Source: Trichoplax adhaerens (taxonomy: Eukaryota > Animalia > Placozoa). From it: a stretch of DNA of 64,000 bases. The notes beneath the pieces were generated by a model. The model was given only the letters and a program-made list of their open reading frames with translations. It did no database searches and was not told where the DNA came from. A program made the translations under genes and the position numbers. Position 1 is the first letter of the stretch, and each line of letters starts with the position of its first letter. The stretch is taken from the NCBI RefSeq assembly GCF_000150275.1, contig NW_002060948.1, forward strand, positions 4,572,336 through 4,636,335, written 5' to 3'. Below are positions 57,401 through 64,000 of the stretch, piece by piece.

Positions 57401-58647
57401 TGCAACAACACTACCACTCCTATTTTGGAACGAAAATCATGGTCATAAATGCTTTGTAAGCTATGAACTAGAAACCTAGAGAATAGCGCTACAGTATTTG
57501 ATCCATTTAGCAGTTATTCTCTTAAAGATATCTTACGCAAATGATATAACTCGAACTTCAGTAATTCCAGTTTCATTCTGAAAGATTCCTTCGATCTACA
57601 AACAGTTAAGGATAAAATATGTGTATTCTATGTACCACTTGTGATAGCTTTAATTTATAACCCATGAATTATGGTATCCTATAATAGCAATAGTTTGATT
57701 AGCACTAACCGCTTCAGACACATTAGTAGCTAAAGTCTGAAATTCAGTCGAATTTTTAGTAGTCAAAATCGGTGTAAAATTTTCTTCCGTTAGCCGAATC
57801 CTTCCAGAATAACGATCAACTGCTGATATTTCAGCTCTATTAACTGTAGAAGATGGATGTAGCTAATTAATAAAAATTTAAATATATATATTGAAAGACT
57901 TTTATGCTTCAATACATATCAGGAAGAAGTAAATCTTACTGGAAGATACTACCACATCAGAGTAGCCTTGATTGTTTTCGTATTCGCTACTGTATTCTGA
58001 ATAAAATTCCTACATTCATTAATAGCATGTAAAATTTAAATTAACAATATGAATCTTTAAAAACGCACATGCAACGAATTCAAACATTTCATTTTACTCT
58101 TAGACTGTAATCGTATTTAATATCAAGAAGCTAGTTATCTATTAAAAATTTCTACATCTAGAAGAAACCAATAATCTTTAATCGCAAAGAAACTATAATC
58201 GACTTCATTTAAATTATGCAGTTATGTTATTAACCCTCATACGAATATAAATGATATTACTATAAAACAGGTTAGAAATCGGATTTCTATCTCTAGCAAT
58301 TATTCTACATTTGCATTTCAATAGCGTAAAAGCAAGATACTACTCCTTTCCATTAATACTTTAATTGCGAGATGCAGTTGTTAGAATAGCATCAATATTC
58401 TTTAACCTTAGTTTATATTCAATTACTAATATAAAACTTAGTCCAATTTCAATCCGATTAATCAGGTAGCATAGCTATTTCTATGCCTTTGATACTCACG
58501 TATATTAATCGAAGCTTACGAAAATGATATGATGGTATTTATTTCAAACATTTAACTCACATGAAAATCTTCTTGACCTCTAATTTGGTTTGTTAGCAAT
58601 ATTACCAGTAATAGAATAATCAGGTTCAAATTCTTTAAAGCTGTCAT
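22431..58647 (-). CDS. HSPG2: Perlecan (basement membrane-specific heparan sulfate proteoglycan core protein) orthologue, ~95 coding exons
   Basis: ATG at 58647 opens a signal-peptide exon. The exons then give SEA, LDL-A x3, Ig, laminin IV(B)/LE repeats (CFCFG, YYWxLPxxxxGNK, SYGG, VExCxCPxGYxGxSCE motifs), ~37 Ig exons and LG-EGF-EGF-LG, ending ...VGKCSL* (TAG 22433-22431). This domain order is diagnostic of perlecan. Splice phases were compatible at the junctions I checked. Confidence 0.93.
24760..25030. repeat. Diverged interspersed repeat in an intron (copy 1)
   Basis: Colinear blocks shared with 46520-46880: aaaatat..tatttga.gaaaa.....tctgatt, aaatgtatttaa...cagaga, acttc.cttcttt(t)gagg and tctactattcttaaa. 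Confidence 0.5.
25431..42858 (-). CDS. HSPG2: Perlecan domain IV: ~37 Ig-like domains, one per symmetric phase 1-1 exon of ~255-290 nt
   Basis: The ORF track shows serial Ig translations (C...W...L.I......G.Y.C...N.AG). Further Ig exons missing from the track were read by eye at about 41402-41674, 40659-40912, 40315-40581, 39914-40177, 36406-36672, 33087-33347, 31815-32081 and 26286-26549. The count could be off by one or two. Confidence 0.9.
27915..34580 (-). repeat. Six tandem copies of a two-exon Ig cassette (A 267 nt + B 261 nt)
   Basis: A exons 34314-34580, 33439-33705, 31815-32081, 30524-30790, 29590-29856, 28323-28589. B exons 33892-34152, 33087-33347, 31386-31646, 30176-30436, 29095-29355, 27915-28175. 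Lengths are identical within each class and each class has its own motifs. Confidence 0.9.
28688..28752 (-). pseudogene. Intronic remnant of a B-type Ig exon
   Basis: ggaccagcagtattggaaatgttactaatatag...gacgttgcaatg resembles gaaccagcagtattagatacgttgcagttatat...gatgtagcattg of the neighbouring exon (29127-29190). Confidence 0.5.
43012..55688 (-). CDS. HSPG2: Perlecan domain III: four laminin IV type B (L4) modules interleaved with laminin-EGF (LE) repeats, ~42 exons
   Basis: Four units with the pattern C(F/Y)C(F/R/N)x ... YYWx(L/M)P...GN(K/W) | x(T/G)(A/S)YG ... NW/YW ... VExCxCPxGY at ~54089-55688, 51297-52740, 48157-49931 and 43913-45615. LE exons include [22 protein letters not shown]. 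Confidence 0.9.
46520..46880. repeat. Diverged interspersed repeat in an intron (copy 2)
   Basis: Same colinear blocks as 24760-25030; lies inside one of the largest domain III introns. Confidence 0.5.
55826..57151 (-). CDS. HSPG2: Perlecan domain II: three LDL-receptor class A exons (57017-57151, 56801-56923, 56238-56366) plus one Ig exon (55826-56110)
   Basis: Six-Cys repeats ending DCxDxSDExxC or similar ([33 protein letters not shown]), then an I-set Ig ([15 protein letters not shown]...GRYTCYA). All are phase 1-1 exons. Confidence 0.92.
57268..58009 (-). CDS. HSPG2: Perlecan domain I: acidic stub plus SEA module (exons 57940-58009, 57710-57843, 57537-57595, 57268-57419)
   Basis: Spliced translation [23 protein letters not shown] / [45 protein letters not shown] / [19 protein letters not shown] / [11 protein letters not shown]... 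fits the SEA pattern (S.EF..LA..V...I; V..F..GSVV). Confidence 0.82.
58561..58647 (-). CDS. HSPG2: Perlecan exon 1: signal peptide
   Basis: [29 protein letters not shown] followed by a gtgag donor (87 nt, phase 0); hydrophobic core with a likely IRG|Q cleavage site. Confidence 0.85.
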
Positions 58648-58747
58648 TGTTAATTATTACGTTACTACCAATTCCCAAAAGTCTTGCAACGCGTTAGACC
58701 GCATTAATTGCAAACCTTGAGGATTAATCTTTTAGCACTAATTTTTT

Positions 58748-58755
58748 CCTTTATA
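58748..58755 (-). promoter_or_regulatory. Possible TATA box of the perlecan gene
   Basis: TATAAAGG on the minus strand ~100 nt upstream of the ATG; weak evidence in AT-rich DNA. Confidence 0.25.
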
Positions 58756-61700
58756 ATTCTATGCGGCAACGGATATTTAGTCTTTTAATTAAAAACTTTC
58801 AAGATGGCGTTTGTCAGAGTTTACTATTAAGTATTTTTATTAAAAAGTGAGCGCTCTAATGTATAGAAAGGGCTAAACTTTGGCATAGCCAATGATAACT
58901 CATTCTTCGATAGCACCACGCGCCTGGATTGCAAAGTCCATCTTCAATTAAAGAATTTGTTTATAAGAAGTTTGGAATATCTCAGCATGAATTGGTGACG
59001 CTATTATTCATGACCTTACATGGCTATTAAATTTGACATTTAAGTATTAATATACTAATTACTTACCTTAGTTTTGTTGGTATTCTATGCTTTATTATGG
59101 TGAAAAATATGGCATGAACACTGGTAATGATCACTTGGAATTTATTACTACGTAGGAAAATAATAAAACGAATTGTACAGTACAAGTATGATATAATTTC
59201 TTATTGATGAATGTTGTTGATTAAAATAACAGTCTACGGAGGATCATACATTTTAATGAGTTAAATATTGACGCCTACGGTATCAAGTAAGGTATGCATA
59301 GAATTTAGCTTCCGCTGCACTTAATGTAAGAACACTAAAATATTTCATGGTGAGACTGTATAATGGACTGCAATAATCCGACAATAAATTAGCGTAAGCT
59401 TCTATAGAAATTTGATTACGCATCGATAATTTTTAATCAATCATTTTATAAGAGCTCAAGTTCCTTTCACGGATAGCATTTAAAGAATAAAATGTAAATA
59501 CTTTTTACTTGAGGAGTTAGCTGATTGATAAAATTGAGAAAAAATTTGGGTTTGTTGTACTTTAAAATAAATACATAAAGAATTGTAGAAGGTCTTCCGA
59601 TATTTTTTAGCTTTAATACGAAAATTCATATTTTGATATTACGTTATTATGAATTAAAGACATTTAATAATAATAACTATCATTAATATTTCGTAAACCA
59701 AATCAGTTTTTCAACTACAAGATGGATGCGGATAGTTTTAAATTTCTCTTACCGAGTCTCATCGAACTTTGATAATAACTCTAGATTCTGTATGCATCTT
59801 TAAGTATTTAAAACCGCTACTGAATGCCTACCTACATACAAGTACGCCTTGCATATATATTTTATCGTTTCGTTTTGAAGCAATCCCCTAAATTTATAGG
59901 TTCAGTTGGTAGCAATTAAAATGATTTAATAACAGTAAATGTCAAGTTAGCGACATTTGATGGCTTTAATATCGTTACAAATCGTGCAATATATAGAAAA
60001 AATTTTAGCAATTACAGTAAATATTATTCTAAATTTTTAAAGATTAAGGATTGAACGTCAACTTTACAAAGCTTTAGCTCAAAAATTTGTTAATGGGAAT
60101 AAAGAGTCTGAAGTAAAAAGAACTCTGAAGCATATTGATAATATGAATTAGCTTAAAAGGCACATTCATTGATACAAGTTTATTTTAAATCATTTACTGT
60201 AGCTATCAAGTATGGAAATTTCACACGGGATAATTATAAATTCAATGTAGCAAATTCATCATAGTGAAAATGGTCTAATATTTAAGTACAAGCTAACATA
60301 AAAATAGATTTCAAAGGTTATACTGTACTCTGGAAAGATAAACTAGCAAATACAGTATGCTAAGATAATAATTAATTTTGTGGTAAGAATCGTGGTTATA
60401 GCTGGTTGAAGAATAAACTTTGATTTATTAAATATACAAAATTTACTAATTAAAATGATATTATTTCAATAGAAGGATGACTAACTTTTAAAATCTTCCC
60501 AAAATAGTCTATATTTCATAAAAAGTAACCTATATTTATGTAAAGGCAACCGTTCAACATAATCGTATGTGGACTATCGTAGAGTCTATTGATGATAGCT
60601 AAAAATTTCTGCCGATAAAATATATATATAACTAATAGCTATACTGCGATATATGCTATATTCATGACACTTGGTTCTTTATTACAAGAAATTATATGTA
60701 AATGAATCCTTTCATAGTACATTTCGAAATATAGAGGATTGTTGTGCAGAATTTCTACCAGAAAATTTTACAACATTTTTTATCATCAATTTATCCACAT
60801 ATACGGTAATGTATATATTGCTACTATTTATGAGCCAATGGCTCTGCTAGATATCTTAAAATGGGCCCCAATGTCGGGAGTTTATCTAGTTTATACTGAA
60901 TAATAATGCCAGTTGTAACAGCTCTGTATTAAATTAAATAAGCTGAGTTTGTTATTGACAAAAATATTCAGCGAGTATCGTCAGTAACAGAGAAGAAATA
61001 CGGCACGCAGTACAGGTGGATGAGATATACTTCTAAAGTATGATTAAGGAAAACATAAGACTTTATATTACTTTCGTATACTGTAAGTAATTGTTCTTTA
61101 AATCAGATGTATATTACTAGATTTTTAATTATAAAGTAGAGAAATTAAAGTAATCCATAATTAGAATGAATTACCAACATAATCTATGAACAGACGTCAT
61201 TTAAGAACTTTCTAAATATAACTAATAACACTTTTCTTGAAATAGTGTATTTTCTTTATAGCATATTTCTCGTCCAAACATGAAAAATAAGGTAGTCGAG
61301 AGTTTGTTTACCGTCAGGATATCTTAACAATTTGCATTACGTACTGTGGTAAATTTCAGTTGATAGATGATATTCGAAATATATGTTATTTTAGTATAAA
61401 GAATGAAAAAAGAATCATATTGGTGTTAATATAAGGCACTAGCAAAATTTCTAATGTCGGTTAATTGTAAATGCTACAGAGGCAAATATGTTTTTATCTT
61501 CGAATATGATGAATATTAGGAAATGCTTGATAGAGTAGTATATCACTATTATCGATTGCTATATACGCGTATTGTGGGGTTTGATTTTCGACCACAAGAA
61601 GTGACGCAGCAAAACATGTGCATCTCTTTTAAAGATTTATCTTTAGTTTTCATAGTCTAAAATCTTACTATAGACCCATCTATAACTAATAATATGCAGA

Positions 61701-62363
61701 TTTACGAAAACTAAACGTAACAATAGGTATTTGCTTCGGATATTTTAAATTTGGTGTGATATATACCAATCACGAGATTCCAAATTTTAGAAAAATAAGG
61801 GCTTTATTGAATCTTATACAAAGATTAACTACACACAGCTCTACTCTAGCCGAATACTATTACTAAAGACTTCTACAACGAACTAACTGAATAATCTAAA
61901 GTTGCATGCTTTTATACTTTTCGTAGTATTCGCAGCTACAATCCGCATGGCAACCTTTTACCTTATATTACACATAGTTAAATTATTCTTAGTCAGATTA
62001 TTCTACTGCGGGCCATCATTAATCCAATATGGATACGACTACAGTACTTACGTAGACATTATTCACACCAGCCAAAGTACAATGAATTAACCATATCCTA
62101 ATATATGATTTACAGCTCTATTTTTACCTATAGCCTTTTTAGTAACTCAGCAGCTTACTGTATATAGTCATCTGTACTCTAGCATAGAGTCTCTACCACT
62201 ACAGTCTATAGTTATAGCTACCAAATATCTCTTAGGATAAATATCTACCGTACATTATATTGAACATGGCCAAACAGTCTACAATCACAATACTAGTTAC
62301 ATTACATTTGGGTAGTTTTGAAAATCCATTGGTAGCGATATTGTCAGAGTTTAAATAATAACT

Positions 62364-62397
62364 ACTAGTGCAAACTCCCGTCGCTTTGCTGACGGTT
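62364..62397 (+). mobile_element. Possible Helitron/Helentron-type terminus remnant
   Basis: ACTAG followed by a GC-rich hairpin ccgtc-gc-ttt-gc-t-gacgg, resembling termini of non-autonomous rolling-circle elements; the other end was not identified. Confidence 0.25.
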
Positions 62398-64000
62398 TAT
62401 CACAGTACATCTACTTTAACATATTTCATACACTTCCTCTTATTGCAAGATATATGATTATAAGTTGGTGATTTCTTTCAAGAACAAAAATTTAAAATTT
62501 AAAATCTTCAAATTAATTTCAATAAATGACAAATTAAGACTGAATTTAAAATATAAATGATTGTTAAACAATACATTACTGCAATTGGTGAACACAAGCA
62601 GTAACACAATCTAAGAATGAAATTAGTAGATTAAACTATTAAAACAGCCTATGCAGTTAATTTAAAAAGAAAGCTTCACTTCATTATTTAATAATGAACG
62701 GTGTACTATGTAACTTTACAAATGATGTTCTGTAGCAACAAACCATTATTTATTTTAGTATTATATTCAAATTTCTAGTTTGGTCTATTATAGTATTCTT
62801 TATCCTAGAAAAGTCAGTCCAACTGTAGGTTTCTATGGTATCAATAGTAAACATGATGAACTATAAGGATTAAGAATTGCTTGACTTAATGTCAATTTAT
62901 CATTAATTTTATTAGAAATACCTTCAAAACAAAGTATGAATGTATATTTTTGTTTCTATAACTAATTTTTGATTTTTGTTTCATCAAAATTAAAGCAAAT
63001 AAAAGTCGGTATATAAAGTAAAATCATTTACAATAATTATGATTGACAATAGTCATTAAATACGAACAGGTTAATTAGTTATTGGGGTATTTCTAGAGAT
63101 TTTGTGACATCACTAAGATCCACAGAAGCATGTAGTAAATGGTAACATTGTAATACACATATTTAATATTGTGAATACAAAATACTTTATGAATCCAGAG
63201 CAAGACTTCGTTAAACATTAATCTAATCATATCAAATTCTTAAAGCAGCTGTCAATTCCACTTATTTTAACTAGAGAAACCACTATAGTACATAATAATA
63301 TTCGTTCAACTTACACTGATGTTTTCATTTTATAGTAAGGTTATCATTATTTATACTTTAGCGTTAACAATATACAACTTGATACATTGCACATTTTCTG
63401 TCAATTTAAATCAGTCCTTTTCTTAAAAACAAAAGGAGAAGCTCTTAAATTATAAATGGAAGGAAAATTTGTCACGAATTTCATATATTATTAATTTCTT
63501 TATGATCATAGCAACATACAATATGATGTCGACGAAAGTTATGGTATGAAATAATAATGCTTTAAAAGATTGTTATGTCAACTTGAGAACTTAAAATGTT
63601 CCACTTTGACGTTTAAAGGTAGATAAATTTTCATGATAATTATCTAGAATTAGAAGTGACCCATACTACGCACATCTGCTCATACTATTAATGGTATAAA
63701 TAAAACTTTAGCGTTTATGTACACTATGAACTGTGATACAGCTGTCTAATTAACGATTTGCGATTGCGAAGGAATGATATTTGTATGCCTTTACGGTGGC
63801 TAATGACAGCTTTTAAATTTTTGTACTCAGGGTAAAAATTTTAGCTTATTCACTAAAAGGTCGCTAACTACGCAAGATATACTATTCTATGATTAATTTG
63901 ATGCTTATACAAATATATCATACAGCTATCTTTCATCTTTTAGGATAAATTAATAATTATTAACGACTACAGCACCAGTACTACACGCGGATATAATTAA

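Noticed and set aside
58800-64000. Upstream 5 kb including ORF 61902-62090
   Set aside because: No supportable exon chain, RNA gene or array seen; treated as intergenic or regulatory DNA.
1-64000. Prokaryote-type systems (CRISPR arrays, operons, rRNA or tRNA genes)
   Set aside because: The sequence is intron-rich eukaryotic DNA, and no repeat-spacer array or structured RNA gene was recognised.

Overview
AT-rich animal genomic DNA with many short (~70-250 nt) spliceosomal introns. It is most consistent with a placozoan such as Trichoplax, which is an inference from composition and gene structure. All recognisable coding sequence is on the minus strand. (1) 58647->22431: a ~95-exon perlecan/HSPG2 orthologue that I can splice by eye into one continuous frame. 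Order: signal peptide, acidic Tyr-rich stub, SEA, 3 LDL-A, Ig, FOUR laminin-IV(B) modules with LE repeats, ~37 single-exon Ig domains (including a 6x tandem two-exon cassette) and a short domain V (LG-EGF-EGF-LG). Estimated size is roughly 5,500-5,800 aa. (2) ~18470->13530: a dead partial duplicate in which decayed EGF/cbEGF exons precede a pseudogenised copy of perlecan domain V and its 3' flank; it carries a near-identical internal patch. (3) 11769->3633: an apparently intact 12-exon paralogue with its own signal peptide, encoding a 748-aa secreted Ig-Ig-Ig-LG-EGF-EGF-LG protein. This amounts to a stand-alone, endorepellin-like perlecan C-terminus and is the most interesting object in the window. 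The remainder is intergenic DNA with a 50-N assembly gap, microsatellites and weak repeat remnants. All gene models come from manual reading, with no transcript or database evidence.
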